From NCBI GenBank assembly GCA_035373905.1, contig DAOSOK010000013.1:51579-115578 (forward strand): DNA of 64,000 nt, read 5' to 3'. This stretch comes from Candidatus Ozemobacteraceae bacterium. GTDB taxonomy: Bacteria > Muiribacteriota > Ozemobacteria > Ozemobacterales > Ozemobacteraceae. The position numbers were made by a program, and so were the translations under genes. The notes under the pieces are model-generated. The model worked only from the letters and a program-made list of their open reading frames with translations. It made no database searches and was not told the origin of the DNA. Shown one piece after another: positions 38,884 through 51,387 of this stretch (positions within the stretch are counted from its first letter, which is position 1; each line of letters opens with the position of its first letter).

Positions 38884-40509
38884 ATGCCAGCCAAGCAACT
38901 CAAATACTGGGAAGAAGCCCGCCGCTCGCTCGAGCACGGCGTCGACATCGTCGCCAATGCCGTTCGCGCCACCCTCGGTCCGAAGGGGTGTTACGCCATC
39001 CTCGACAAGAAGTTCGGCAGCCCCACCGTCACCAATGACGGCGTGACCATCGCCAAAGAAATCGAGGTCGAGGACAAGTTCGAGAACATGGGCGCCCAGC
39101 TCGTGAAGGAAGTCGCCAGCAAGACCAACGACGTGGCCGGCGACGGCACCACCACCGCCACCGTCCTCGCCCAGGCCATCGTGCATGAGGGCTTCAAGAA
39201 CGTGGCCGCCGGCGCCAACCCCAGCTTCGTGAAGCGCGGCATCGAGCGCGCCGTCCACGCCGTCGTCGATGAGATCAAGACCCTCTCCAAGAAGGTCGAC
39301 GACAACAAGGACAGCGTCGCCCAGGTCGCCACGATCTCGGCCCGCGACCCCGAGATCGGCAAGGTCATCGCCGAGGCGATGGACAAAGTCGGCAAAGACG
39401 GCGTCATCACCGTCGAGGAAGCCAAGAGCTTCGACACCACTCTCGAGTTCGTCGACGGCATGGAATTCGACAAGGGCTATGTGAGCCCCTACATGGTCAA
39501 CGACCAGGAGCGCATGGAAGCCGTTCTCGAGAACCCCTACATCCTGATCACCGAGTCGAAGATCAACAACATCAAGGACATCCTGCCCCTGCTCGAGAAG
39601 ATCGTCCAGGTCAACAAGCCCCTGCTGATCATCGCCGAGGACGTCGAGGGCGAAGCCCTTGCCACGCTCGTCGTGAACAAGCTCCGCGGCACCTTCAACT
39701 GCGTCGCCGTGAAGGCTCCCGGCTTCGGCGATCGCCGCAAGGCCATGCTCGAAGACATCGCGATCCTCACCAACGGCAAGAAGATCGCCGAAGACATCGG
39801 CATGAAGCTTGAGAAAGCCACGATCGACATGCTCGGCCAGGCCAAGAAGGTCGTCGTCAGCAAGGAAAAGACCACGATCGTCGAAGGCGCCGGCAAGCCC
39901 GCCGACATCAAGGCCCGCATCGCGCAGATCCGCGCCGAGATCGACCAGAGCACCAGCAGCTATGACAAAGAAAAGCTGCAGGAGCGCCTGGCCAAGCTCA
40001 GCGGCGGCGTCGCCGTCATCAAGGTCGGTGCCGCGACCGAGACCGAGATGAAAGAACGCAAGACCCGCGTCGAAGACGCTCTCTCCGCGACCCGCGCGGC
40101 CGTCGAGGAAGGCGTCGTCGCCGGCGGCGGCGTGACGTATCTCAACGCCCTCCCCGCTCTCACCAAGCTGAAGGCCGAAGGCGACGAGAAGATCGGCGTC
40201 GACATCGTCCGCCGCGCCCTCTACGCCCCGATCCGGTTCATCCTCACCAACGCCGGCCTCGAAGCCTCCGTCATCATCGAGAAGATTCTCGAGAAGAAGA
40301 ACAACGGCTACGGCTTCGACGTCGTGAAGAACGATTACACCGACATGTTCAAGGCCGGCGTCATCGATCCGGCGAAGGTCACCCGCTCGGCCCTGCAGAA
40401 CGCCTCCTCGATCGCTTCGATCCTGCTCACCACCGAAGTGCTCGTGGCCGAACTGCCCGAGAAGAAGTCCAACGCCCCCGCCGCCCCCGGCATGGACATG
40501 GACTACTGA
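38884..40509 (+). CDS. groEL: chaperonin GroEL (copy 2), no GGM tail
   Basis: [21 protein letters not shown]... is about 85 % identical to copy 1 by eye, but ends ...[17 protein letters not shown] 9 nt upstream of ATG 38884. The track start at 38878 is a TTG. Confidence 0.95.
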   Translation: MPAKQLKYWEEARRSLEHGVDIVANAVRATLGPKGCYAILDKKFGSPTVTNDGVTIAKEIEVEDKFENMGAQLVKEVASKTNDVAGDGTTTATVLAQAIVHEGFKNVAAGANPSFVKRGIERAVHAVVDEIKTLSKKVDDNKDSVAQVATISARDPEIGKVIAEAMDKVGKDGVITVEEAKSFDTTLEFVDGMEFDKGYVSPYMVNDQERMEAVLENPYILITESKINNIKDILPLLEKIVQVNKPLLIIAEDVEGEALATLVVNKLRGTFNCVAVKAPGFGDRRKAMLEDIAILTNGKKIAEDIGMKLEKATIDMLGQAKKVVVSKEKTTIVEGAGKPADIKARIAQIRAEIDQSTSSYDKEKLQERLAKLSGGVAVIKVGAATETEMKERKTRVEDALSATRAAVEEGVVAGGGVTYLNALPALTKLKAEGDEKIGVDIVRRALYAPIRFILTNAGLEASVIIEKILEKKNNGYGFDVVKNDYTDMFKAGVIDPAKVTRSALQNASSIASILLTTEVLVAELPEKKSNAPAAPGMDMDY

Positions 40510-40589
40510 TCCGCTCAGCACTGAAACGGCCCTCCCCGGCGCTCTCACGGCCGGGGGGGGCTTTCCTGAACCAGGGAGACGCAGTATCG

Positions 40590-41705
40590 ATGGGTGATCC
40601 ACGGAGGCAGGCAGAGACGTTCGAGCGTCTCGCCCCTGATTTGAACGACCGCCAGCGCAGGGTCCTCAAGGAGGTCTGCGACGCCTTCATCAACACCGGC
40701 ATCCCGGTCGGCTCCCGCACCATTTCTCGCTTCAGCAGCCTGTCATGCTCCCCGGCCACGATCCGGAACGAGATGGCCGACCTCGAGTCGATGGGCTATC
40801 TGTTCTCGCCGCACACGTCCGCCGGCCGCATTCCCACGGAAAAAGGGTACCGTTTTTACGTCAACTTCCTGCTCGAATACGATCGCCTCGGCCAGATCGA
40901 GAACGCCGTCATGGCCCTTCTCGACAGCCGCATCCAAAGCCGATCCCGTGAGCAGGAGGTCCTGCGCACCGCCATCAAGGTCGCGTGCGAGCAGACGGGC
41001 CTGCCGGGCCTCGTCCTCGCCCCCTGCAAATCGGGAAACGCGGTGCGCAACCTGCAGATCGTGCGCGTCCTCGAGACGACCGCCATGCTGGTCATGGTCG
41101 ACGAGTGCGGCCACATCACCGACCACCTGGTGACGATTCCCGCCGAGACGACGGACGAAGAGCTCCAGAAACTGGCGTTGCATCTTCGCGCCGAACTCAC
41201 GGAAAACCGGATCACCGACGCCGAGGCCGAGTTCCTGCGGCGCTCGAAGGATCTGCTGACCCGGCACAACCACCTGATCGCGCAGCTCACCGAGCGCGTC
41301 CGGACGGCCATTTCCAACCCTGCCTCCGACGCGATTTTCCTCGAGGGATTCGTCAACTGCTTCGACAAGCCCGAGTTCAGCGATCCCGAGAAGATGCGCA
41401 AGATGATCGGGCTTCTCGACCGAAAGGAACAACTTCTTCATCTCATGGCGCGAAGCCTTGAAAGCGGAGACGATATCATGGTAAATATCGGCTCCGACTC
41501 CGGTCTTGCGGTAACCGATCTGTCGGTGGTCACCGCGCGGTATCGCGGCCCGAACCAGTCGTTCGGCCGTATCGGCCTGATAGGGCCGCTGCGCATGGAT
41601 TACGCCCGCGTCGTCGCCACGCTCGGCAACATCTCGCGGGCATTGAGCGATCTCCTGCTCTCGGCGCTTCCGACCCCGGGAAGCCGCTCCGGGAGCGACA
41701 GTTAG
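40590..41705 (+). CDS. hrcA: heat-inducible transcription repressor HrcA
   Basis: N-terminal winged helix RQRRVLKEVCDAFINTGIPVGSRTISR, 371 aa, followed by grpE-dnaK-dnaJ as in Firmicutes-type operons. Confidence 0.9.
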   Translation: MGDPRRQAETFERLAPDLNDRQRRVLKEVCDAFINTGIPVGSRTISRFSSLSCSPATIRNEMADLESMGYLFSPHTSAGRIPTEKGYRFYVNFLLEYDRLGQIENAVMALLDSRIQSRSREQEVLRTAIKVACEQTGLPGLVLAPCKSGNAVRNLQIVRVLETTAMLVMVDECGHITDHLVTIPAETTDEELQKLALHLRAELTENRITDAEAEFLRRSKDLLTRHNHLIAQLTERVRTAISNPASDAIFLEGFVNCFDKPEFSDPEKMRKMIGLLDRKEQLLHLMARSLESGDDIMVNIGSDSGLAVTDLSVVTARYRGPNQSFGRIGLIGPLRMDYARVVATLGNISRALSDLLLSALPTPGSRSGSDS

Positions 41706-41706
41706 T

Positions 41707-42378
41707 GTGGCAAGCATTCTTCCAGAAAGCGAGACGATCATGACAGCCGAAGTGAACAAGACACAGCAGGCCCCCGAGGCTGCGCCGTCGCCCGCTCCGG
41801 AACAGGCCGCGAGCGAAAACGCCGCGCAACCGGCCGCAGGCACCAACGCAACCCAGGCTGAAGCCCCCCAGGGCGAGACCCCGCAGGCCGAAGCGGCCCG
41901 GCCCGAGGATCCCCTCGAAACCCTCAAAAAGGAAGTCGACGGCATCAAGAAGGAACTGGCCGAAACGAAGAACCGGTATCATCGCGCCCTGGCTGATTAC
42001 GACAACCTCAAGCGCCGGACCGACCAGAAGCTGCTCGAGATGTCGGAATACGGCTCTGAGGCGTTCGTGAAGAAGCTTCTGCCCGTGCTCGACACGTTCG
42101 AGTCAGCCATGCGCCAGCTGACCGACGCGAAGGTCGAGGCCAAGATCATGGACGGCTTCGAGATGCTCTTCTTCCAGTTCAACGACGTGCTCGAAAAGGA
42201 AGGGCTCAAGCCGATCCCGGCGAAGGGGCAGAAGTTCGACCCGAACCTGCATGAAGCCATGTCGAAGAGCACCGATCCGAACCAGGACGACGAGGTCGTC
42301 CTGATGGAGTATGAAAAGGGCTACATGTTCAAGAAACGCGTCATGAGAACGGCGAAAGTCGTCATCAACCACAAATAA
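41707..42378 (+). CDS. grpE: nucleotide exchange factor GrpE
   Basis: RALADYDNLKRRTDQKLLE ... FDPNLHEAM ... GYMFKKRVMRTAKVVI. GTG 41707 or ATG 41740 are alternative starts. Confidence 0.85.
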   Translation: MASILPESETIMTAEVNKTQQAPEAAPSPAPEQAASENAAQPAAGTNATQAEAPQGETPQAEAARPEDPLETLKKEVDGIKKELAETKNRYHRALADYDNLKRRTDQKLLEMSEYGSEAFVKKLLPVLDTFESAMRQLTDAKVEAKIMDGFEMLFFQFNDVLEKEGLKPIPAKGQKFDPNLHEAMSKSTDPNQDDEVVLMEYEKGYMFKKRVMRTAKVVINHK

Positions 42379-42450
42379 CCGAGTTTATTATATCCTTTCA
42401 CATACAGCGCCGCGGCGAGGCCGCACGCAACCAGACAGGAGGAACAATAC

Positions 42451-44319
<1,869 letters not shown>

Positions 44320-44387
44320 GTTGACGACACGCGGGGCGGGCCGCCAGGGTCCGCTCCGCATGGCCGCCGCGATTCCAGGAGACACAG

Positions 44388-45503
44388 ATGGCCAAGCGTG
44401 ACTACTACGAGGTTCTCGGCGTCGCGAAAAACGCCGATGAGGCCGAACTGAAGCGGGCCTACCGCACCCTTGCCCGCAAATACCATCCCGACGTGAACCC
44501 GGCGAAAGAGGCCGCGGAACAGTTCAAGGAAATAAACGAGGCCTACCAGATCCTCAGCGATCCGAAGAAGCGCAGCGCCTACGACCAGTTCGGCCACCAG
44601 GGGCTCGAAGGGGCCGGCTTCAACCCAGCCGACTTCCAGGGGTTCGGAAATTTCGGCGATATATTTGGCGATATATTGTCAGACTTCTTCGGCGGCGCGA
44701 GTCACAAGGCCGGCCCCCGCCGCGGCGCCGACCTGCGATATGACCTCGAGATCACCTTCGAGGAGGCCGTGTTCGGCTGCGAGAAGAAGATCACGGTCCA
44801 GCGCTCGGCAAACTGCACCCAGTGCGGCGGCTCCGGCGCCCAGACCGGAAGCAGCCGGAAGGTTTGCCCGGTCTGCCGCGGCAAAGGCACGATCTCCCTC
44901 GCCCAGGGTTTCTTCTCGATCCAACGCACCTGTCACCAGTGCCAGGGCGAGGGTGAGATCATCGACAAGCCCTGCAATACCTGCCACGGCCAGCGTCGCG
45001 TCAAGCACAGCGAAAGCCTCGACGTGAAGATTCCGCCCGGCGTCGAGACGGGCAGCAAACTGAAGCTCACGGGCGAAGGCGAAGCCGGTGACAAGGGCGG
45101 TCCTCCGGGCAGCCTGTACATCGTCCTGACGGTCGGCAGGCACGAACTGTTCGAACGTGTCGGTGACGATATCGTCTGCGAGCGCAACATCAGCTTCCCA
45201 CTCGCGGCTCTCGGCGGGGAAGTCGATGTTCCGACCCTCCAGGGCCCGGTCAAGATCAAGATCCCGACCGGCACCCAGACCGGCAAGGTGTTCCGGCTCC
45301 GCGGCTACGGCGTGAAGTCACTCCAGGGCGGCCAGGGAGACCAGCTCGTGAAGATCTTCGTCCGCACACCGACCGATCTGAGCGAAAAGGCGAAAGACCT
45401 CCTCAAACAGCTCGCGGCCGAGGACGGCGACGCCGATTCCAAGCTCGGCGAGGGCGGCAAGTCCTTCTTCGACAAGGTGAAGCAGGCCCTCGGAGGCCAT
45501 TGA
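44388..45503 (+). CDS. dnaJ: co-chaperone DnaJ (type I, with four CxxCxGxG zinc-finger repeats)
   Basis: J-domain DYYEVLGV...HPD, G/F region, CTQCGGSG / CPVCRGKG / CHQCQGEG / CNTCHGQR. Confidence 0.95.
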   Translation: MAKRDYYEVLGVAKNADEAELKRAYRTLARKYHPDVNPAKEAAEQFKEINEAYQILSDPKKRSAYDQFGHQGLEGAGFNPADFQGFGNFGDIFGDILSDFFGGASHKAGPRRGADLRYDLEITFEEAVFGCEKKITVQRSANCTQCGGSGAQTGSSRKVCPVCRGKGTISLAQGFFSIQRTCHQCQGEGEIIDKPCNTCHGQRRVKHSESLDVKIPPGVETGSKLKLTGEGEAGDKGGPPGSLYIVLTVGRHELFERVGDDIVCERNISFPLAALGGEVDVPTLQGPVKIKIPTGTQTGKVFRLRGYGVKSLQGGQGDQLVKIFVRTPTDLSEKAKDLLKQLAAEDGDADSKLGEGGKSFFDKVKQALGGH

Positions 45504-45529
45504 ACGGGCCGGATTTTTCTGTCATGTTC

Positions 45530-45560
45530 CGTAGGGGCGGGTTTCAAACCCGCCCCTACG
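45530..45560. repeat. family B palindrome copy 2; terminator-like hairpin right after dnaJ
   Basis: cgtaggggcgggtttcaaacccgcccctacg is a perfect palindrome 27 nt after the dnaJ stop. Confidence 0.55.
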
Positions 45561-45599
45561 CTGCATTCAAGGTGTTGTATAATGAAAGAGGAACGTTCA

Positions 45600-47075
45600 A
45601 TGTCGAATGGGGGGTTTGTCATGCGGTGCATCACTTTCGGCCTTTCGAGGCGCATTTTCAGGGTGATTCCCCACGCCCTCCTCCTGGCGGGTCTTCTTGC
45701 CCCCGCGTTCTGCGAGACTCCGGCGGCGAATGATGCGGTCCCGACCGTTTCCCAGGACTCCGGCAAGGCCGAGGACCTTCTGAAAAACCTCCATACGCTC
45801 TCGCGGATGAATCTCGAGCAGACCGAAACCATGCTCGAGATCTACCGGAAAAGCTTCGCCGCCGATTCGCGTTCCCCCGACACGCGCATCGTGTTATCGG
45901 CTCTCCTTCTTCGCAAGGCGAACCTTCTCAAGGCAGCCCCCTTCCCCGATGTCGAGGCATGCTTCATGGAAGCGGCAGACGTGATGCCCGATTCGTTCGA
46001 CGTTCAGTATCAATGGGGCCAGGCGCTGTTCGCCCGCGGAAATTTCGAGGCCGCCGTTCCGAAGCTGGAAGCCGCGGTCGCTCAGCGTCCCGAGCATCTC
46101 GACACGATCATGAAGCTCGGCATCTCGCAGCTGAAAATGATGAAATACGAGGAGGCACAGGCCCTCTTCGAGCGCGCCCAGAAACAGATCCCCAAGGATT
46201 ATCTCCTCCTGTATTTCCTCGGACGCTGCGCCTACGAACTGAAGGACTACGACAAGGCGGTCGAGTATTGGGAAGAGGCTCTCAAGCACATTCCCAACCA
46301 GGAGGAAGGCGCGGCGCTCCGCACCATGATCGGAAAAGCGCGCGAGCAGTCGGCCTCGATCGCGGGAACGACGACGGACGAGAACCAGCGGTTCGTGATC
46401 CATTACGCCGGCTCCTCCCAGAAGGATATCGGCGACGTGACGATGGAGGTCCTCGAGGACGTCTACGACCAGGTGACATCCGACCTGATGTATAAACCTG
46501 ACATTAAAATCAACGTCATCTTCTTCCTGACCGAGGAGTTCTACGAGATCAACAACTCCGGCCGCTGGGTCGGGGCCCTCGCCCAGGGCGAGAAGATCCT
46601 CGTTCCTCTTCAGCAGGGCTATTCCGACCTCCAGTCCGTGAAGGGCATTCTCGCCCACGAGTTCACGCACGTGATCGTGAACATGCGCACCAACAACCGG
46701 TGCCCGACCTGGGTCAACGAGGGGCTCGCGGTCTACGAGGAGTTCAAGTTCGCGAACGGCGATCCGACGGTGCTTCGCCCTGATTATGAGCGGCTGTTCC
46801 AGTCGAAGATCATCGGCGAGAAGCATTTCATCCCGCTCAAGGAGATCAATCTCAATCCCGCCCAGCAGACCTACGGCTACCAGATCGGCCTCGGGTATCT
46901 CCAGTCGTATCTCGCCATGAGGTTCCTGATCGAGCGCTGGGGCTGGCAGGCCGTCGATGCTCTTCTGAACTCAATCGGCAAAGGCGACTGGCTCGACGAC
47001 TCGTTGAACGAGGCGGCAGGCATGGAATTCTCCGAATTTCAGAAGGAACTGAACGACTGGATGCTGGGCCTCTGA
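45600..47075 (+). CDS. exported TPR-repeat protein with C-terminal Peptidase_MA-like (HExxH) domain
   Basis: Signal-like MRCITFGLSRRIFRVIPHALLLAGLLAPAFC. TPR-like helices through about residue 250. GILAHEFTHVIVNMRTNNRCPTWVNEGLAVYEE is HExxH plus a downstream Glu, as in the giant lipoprotein C-terminus. AGAGGA RBS before ATG 45600; an alternative start is at 45582. Confidence 0.6.
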   Translation: MSNGGFVMRCITFGLSRRIFRVIPHALLLAGLLAPAFCETPAANDAVPTVSQDSGKAEDLLKNLHTLSRMNLEQTETMLEIYRKSFAADSRSPDTRIVLSALLLRKANLLKAAPFPDVEACFMEAADVMPDSFDVQYQWGQALFARGNFEAAVPKLEAAVAQRPEHLDTIMKLGISQLKMMKYEEAQALFERAQKQIPKDYLLLYFLGRCAYELKDYDKAVEYWEEALKHIPNQEEGAALRTMIGKAREQSASIAGTTTDENQRFVIHYAGSSQKDIGDVTMEVLEDVYDQVTSDLMYKPDIKINVIFFLTEEFYEINNSGRWVGALAQGEKILVPLQQGYSDLQSVKGILAHEFTHVIVNMRTNNRCPTWVNEGLAVYEEFKFANGDPTVLRPDYERLFQSKIIGEKHFIPLKEINLNPAQQTYGYQIGLGYLQSYLAMRFLIERWGWQAVDALLNSIGKGDWLDDSLNEAAGMEFSEFQKELNDWMLGL

Positions 47076-47087
47076 TGCCCCTTTTCG

Positions 47088-47810
47088 ATGACCTCGACCA
47101 TCAACTTCTATGATGTTGCCGGCGCCATCGGAGTGGCTGCTTGGCTGTCGTATTCAACGTCGGGTTTCATTCGCAGTTCGGTGCCGCGGGAATCGGCTCT
47201 CGGGGCTTCGATATCTGCGCTCATCCTGGGTGTTCTCGGGGCCAGGCTTTTTTCAGGTTTCCTGGCTCTGGGCAGGCTGCCGACCCTGTCGGAGCTGCTG
47301 CATTTCGAGCGAGGCGGGTTCGCGTTTCACGGTTTCGTGCTGGGCGTCGTGATCGGAATTGCCGCAGCCGCCCAGGTGGTTCGCGCGAGGCTCCCCGAAC
47401 TGCTCGATGCTGCCGCTCCGGCGATGGCCCTGGCAACTGCCTGCTGGAGAACGGGCTGCTTTTTCAACGGCTGCTGCTGGGGAATCATCACCTATTCGCG
47501 ATTCGATCTTCCCCTTCCGGGCCATCACTCCCCTCCAACGATCGGCCTTCCCCTCCCTCTTTTCGAAGCATGCTTTCTCATCTCCGTTTTCCTGGCTCTG
47601 CATGCTCTGACGAAGCGTCAATTTCTCCCGAAAGGATGCATAGCAGCGCTCTATCTTTCATTCCACGCCGCATATCGGGTTGCAGCCGATGTCTGGCGCC
47701 CGGATTATTCGAACGTTTTCTATGGCATTTCCGTTTTTCTGTTGATATTCGGAGGTCTCTGGCTCCTCAAATTGCGAGGACAGGCACGGCTTAACAAACG
47801 CCAGCGCTAA
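47088..47810 (+). CDS. polytopic membrane protein, possible Lgt-like prolipoprotein diacylglyceryl transferase family
   Basis: Six or seven TM helices. The RTGCFFNGCCWG block resembles the Lgt signature region (G-N/C-F-x-N-G-x-x-x-G). Confidence 0.4.
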   Translation: MTSTINFYDVAGAIGVAAWLSYSTSGFIRSSVPRESALGASISALILGVLGARLFSGFLALGRLPTLSELLHFERGGFAFHGFVLGVVIGIAAAAQVVRARLPELLDAAAPAMALATACWRTGCFFNGCCWGIITYSRFDLPLPGHHSPPTIGLPLPLFEACFLISVFLALHALTKRQFLPKGCIAALYLSFHAAYRVAADVWRPDYSNVFYGISVFLLIFGGLWLLKLRGQARLNKRQR

Positions 47811-47876
47811 CACACCCTTGTTTCCCACCGCACTCTGAAAATTCTTGCCGATACGCACTGATTGATTTCCACCCTA

Positions 47877-47906
47877 TTGACTTCCCCGAAGAATGTAGAA
47901 TATAAT
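47877..47906 (+). promoter_or_regulatory. sigma70-type promoter for the pilus/T2SS-like operon
   Basis: TTGACT - 17/18 nt - aTATAAT in an AT-rich patch 45 nt upstream of the gspE ATG. Confidence 0.45.
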
Positions 47907-47952
47907 ACTTGTCTGACTATTTCCGTCATCGTTATATATTCTAAGGAATTTA

Positions 47953-49602
47953 ATGAAGCAAATCGGTAGTTATCTGGTAGATGCAGCTCTCATCACGCAT
48001 GAGCAGTTGCAACGAGGGCTTGCTGTCAGCGAGAAGCAGAAGATCAGGCTCGGCGCAGCCCTCATCGACATGGGCTTCATAACCGAAGACGATCTTCAGA
48101 CGGCGCTGTCGAGTCAGTTCGGAATACCTAGAATCGACGCCGACGAACTGGTCGTCGATCCGACGGTTCTTCACGAGATTCCGGCCCAGCTTGCCCGACA
48201 ACTCAACGTGATTCCCCTGCACATCAAATCGGGGGCGCTCGTGGTCGCGACATCGGATCCTCTCAACATCAGCATTCTTGCTGACCTCGAAAGCAAGATC
48301 AAGCGGCGCATCGTGTTGGTCATAGCCTCCACCCACCAGATCAAACACGCCATTTCCCGCTACTACGCCGGTCGGGAGAGACTCGACGAGAGCATCAATC
48401 AGGTTCAGCTCATCGAAAACGAAACGTCAATCGACGAATTGGAAGCGGCCGATGCACAGATTCAAAGTGCCCCGATCGTGAAGTTCGTGAATCAGATCCT
48501 CCAGGGGGCGGTTAGAGAGCATGCTTCTGATATTCATGTCGAGCGCGACAATCTCGAGTTTCATATCCGGTATCGCATCGATGGCATGCTGAAAACGATG
48601 TTCCGACCCAAGCAGCATCTCCATCAGCTGATCGTATCGCGCATCAAGGTGATGGCACGACTTGACGTCAGCGAACATCGGATTCCCCAGGATGGTCGGA
48701 TCATGATGACGATGGATAACCAGCCAGTCGACTTTCGCGTGGCTATCTGTCCGTGCATTGACGGTGAGAATGCCGTCATCAGGGTTCTGAATCGTGACAA
48801 TCAAGCCATGGATCTCACCCATCTTGGTTTCAGCCCGGCCGGTCTGGAAAAACTTGAATCACTCATCTCGCGCAATTTCGGGTTGGTTCTCATTGCCGGA
48901 CAAACCGGCTCCGGAAAAACGACGACGCTGTATGCGATTCTGCAAAAGCTGAATGAAGAGCGGAAGAAGATCATCACCCTCGAAGATCCCGTTGAAAAGA
49001 GACTTCCGCTGCTCAATCAGATTCAGATCAATCCCAAAGTCGATCTCACGTTTGCAACCGGCCTTCGCTCCATCCTCCGAATGGATCCGGACATCATTCT
49101 CATCGGCGAGATCCGGGACGGCGAAACCGCCAATCTCGCGGTGAATGCCGCGATGACGGGCCACCTGGTCTTTTCGACGATTCACTGCGGCATCGCCGCC
49201 GAAGTGCCCGTGCGCCTGACCGAGATCGGCGTCGAACCGTATCTCGCCGCGAACGTCCTCCTCGGCACCATCGCCCAGCGTCTCGTACGCTTGAACTGCC
49301 CGAATTGTCTCGTCGAAGAAGAGCTGTCAGAGCAGATTCGCAAGCGCTTCGACCCCGACTTCCAGAGCTACCGGGGAAAAGGCTGCGCCGCGTGTGCCGG
49401 CATCGGATATCGCGGTCGGGGCTGTATCGAGGAAGTGATGCCGGTAACCGACGAGATCAGGAAATTGATGCTTGCCCGTGCGACAACCCGTCAACTCGAG
49501 GAACAGGCCGTCAAAAACGGAATGGTTCCGTTGCTGGAATCGGGCATTTCCAAAATTCGTCATAAGCAAACCAGCTTCATGGAGCTGGCCAGAGTCCTTT
49601 GA
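47953..49602 (+). CDS. gspE: GspE/PilB/MshE-family secretion-pilus assembly ATPase with MshEN-type N-terminal domain
   Basis: Walker A LIAGQTGSGKTTTL, Asp box, Walker B DPDIILIGEIRD, His box, and the tetracysteine motif CPNC...CAAC. The N-terminus carries RLGAALIDMGFITEDDLQTALSSQ. Confidence 0.9.
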   Translation: MKQIGSYLVDAALITHEQLQRGLAVSEKQKIRLGAALIDMGFITEDDLQTALSSQFGIPRIDADELVVDPTVLHEIPAQLARQLNVIPLHIKSGALVVATSDPLNISILADLESKIKRRIVLVIASTHQIKHAISRYYAGRERLDESINQVQLIENETSIDELEAADAQIQSAPIVKFVNQILQGAVREHASDIHVERDNLEFHIRYRIDGMLKTMFRPKQHLHQLIVSRIKVMARLDVSEHRIPQDGRIMMTMDNQPVDFRVAICPCIDGENAVIRVLNRDNQAMDLTHLGFSPAGLEKLESLISRNFGLVLIAGQTGSGKTTTLYAILQKLNEERKKIITLEDPVEKRLPLLNQIQINPKVDLTFATGLRSILRMDPDIILIGEIRDGETANLAVNAAMTGHLVFSTIHCGIAAEVPVRLTEIGVEPYLAANVLLGTIAQRLVRLNCPNCLVEEELSEQIRKRFDPDFQSYRGKGCAACAGIGYRGRGCIEEVMPVTDEIRKLMLARATTRQLEEQAVKNGMVPLLESGISKIRHKQTSFMELARVL

Positions 49603-49643
49603 CGCGCTTCCACGCGCCCCAGGGCTGATTATCAGGAGAACCA

Positions 49644-50861
49644 ATGGCTATATACGAGTTTCAGGCAAAAGACAGCGAAGGCAAGACCGTCAGCGGAACA
49701 CTTACTTCGAGCGATGATTCCGCCGCCATGGCCGAACTCACGTCACGAGGGCTGTGGGTCGCCTCGCTTGTCGAAACGTCGAGCGCCACCTCCCTCAGTT
49801 CCGAGATTCGATTGTTCTCGTTCGTTTCCGCGGAAACGCTCAATACATTTCTTCTGCAACTTTCGATCATGATCAAGTGCGGCGTGAGCCTTGCCGAAGC
49901 CCTGCAATCGCTGGAACAAACCGAAACCAGCACGGTATTCAAGCAGGCGCTTTCGGACGTCAGGCTCGATGTGGCCGCCGGCAAATCATTTTCGGAAGCC
50001 CTTTCCCGGCATCCGGAAATCTTCGACAGATTCATGATTGCCATGGTCCGAATCGGTGAAACTGGTGGCGTTCTCGAAGAGGTTCTCGCCAAACTGGCAT
50101 CGACGAGCAAGCGTCGCCTTTCCCTGAGAAACCAGATCCTGGGATCGCTTGCCTATCCCATGCTCCTTCTCTGCGTCGCGACGCTGGTCGTCACGGTCCT
50201 GGTCGTTTTCGCCGTCCCCAAGTTCGCCGTATTGTTCGAGTCCGCGAAAGTCGAGCTTCCCGTCACGACCAGGGCCCTTATCGCCGGAAGCAAGCTGATC
50301 GAGGAACACATCAGATTGGTCGGCGGGCTGTTCGCCGCCGCCGTCGTCGGCGGCATTCTGACGCTGTTCAATTCGACCGTTCAATGTCACCTCGGGGAAG
50401 CAGCCATGCTTCTCCCCGTTCTGAGGCAGGTCGTGCAGAAATACCATGTGGTGTTGATTTCCGAGCCGCTTTCCATGCTGCTTGCCGCCGGAGTTCCGTT
50501 GCGCGAACTTCTGATAGCAATCGAGAACACGATCGAGATGACGACCCCCAAATCAGTCGTGATCAAGATGCGTGAGCACATCGAACGGGGAGCAAGCCTC
50601 CAGCAAGCGCTCGAACAAAATCCGATCTTTCCTCCGATGGCCGTCAAGCTCGTGGAGACCGGCGAACGCACCGGAGCTCTCGACAAAATGTTCAAGGAAA
50701 TCGCCGAGTTCTATGACGATCAGCTGCAGACAGCCATGAAATCGGCTCTCAGCCTTCTCGAACCGCTCTTGATCCTCGGCGTTGCCGTCATCGTCGGTTT
50801 CATCATGCTATCCGTCTTCGTGCCCATCTACCAGATGAGCTTCATGATCAAAAAGGCCTGA
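49644..50861 (+). CDS. gspF: GspF/PilC-family inner-membrane platform protein
   Basis: Two T2SSF repeats and three TM regions. C-terminal ...LEPLLILGVAVIVGFIMLSVFVPIYQM. Confidence 0.9.
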   Translation: MAIYEFQAKDSEGKTVSGTLTSSDDSAAMAELTSRGLWVASLVETSSATSLSSEIRLFSFVSAETLNTFLLQLSIMIKCGVSLAEALQSLEQTETSTVFKQALSDVRLDVAAGKSFSEALSRHPEIFDRFMIAMVRIGETGGVLEEVLAKLASTSKRRLSLRNQILGSLAYPMLLLCVATLVVTVLVVFAVPKFAVLFESAKVELPVTTRALIAGSKLIEEHIRLVGGLFAAAVVGGILTLFNSTVQCHLGEAAMLLPVLRQVVQKYHVVLISEPLSMLLAAGVPLRELLIAIENTIEMTTPKSVVIKMREHIERGASLQQALEQNPIFPPMAVKLVETGERTGALDKMFKEIAEFYDDQLQTAMKSALSLLEPLLILGVAVIVGFIMLSVFVPIYQMSFMIKKA

Positions 50862-50862
50862 T

Positions 50863-51387
50863 ATGAAGCGAACCGGGCCTTCAGGCTTTTCCCTATGGGA
50901 GCTTCTGCTCACCTGTGCCGTTGCGATCGTTGCGGCTCCCCTCGTCCTACCGCTCTTCTTCGTGGATTCGCATGCGGCATCAGACGAAACCGCCAGTCGG
51001 ATCATCCTCGGAGCCATACAGCAAACACGCAGTGCCGGCCTTGCAGGCAGGGTCGTCGGAGGGCGAATTTCGTTTACCAGCGCGACGTCGACGTTTACGA
51101 TGCAGTCCGACCAGCAGGCTCTTCCGTCCGGTTATGTGATCAAATCGATATCTCTCGACGGCACTCAGATTTCGGCCATAGAGGCCGGGTTCGATCCGCT
51201 CGGAAACATCTCTTTCACCCCATACGGGAACCAAGCGGTCCTGACGCTCGCAAGAGCCGACGGCACAGAAATCCGGACGATCACCCTCGAAGGCAAAGGA
51301 ATCCCAATTCCGCAACCGACTGCCGGAACTGCCGAAACCGGCGGTTCTTCGGGCGGCGGCGGCGGACGAGGGTGCAGATGGTTGTGA
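50863..51387 (+). CDS. pseudopilin (class III signal, E+5)
   Basis: MKRTGPSG|FSLWELLLTCAVAIVA. Confidence 0.65.
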   Translation: MKRTGPSGFSLWELLLTCAVAIVAAPLVLPLFFVDSHAASDETASRIILGAIQQTRSAGLAGRVVGGRISFTSATSTFTMQSDQQALPSGYVIKSISLDGTQISAIEAGFDPLGNISFTPYGNQAVLTLARADGTEIRTITLEGKGIPIPQPTAGTAETGGSSGGGGGRGCRWL

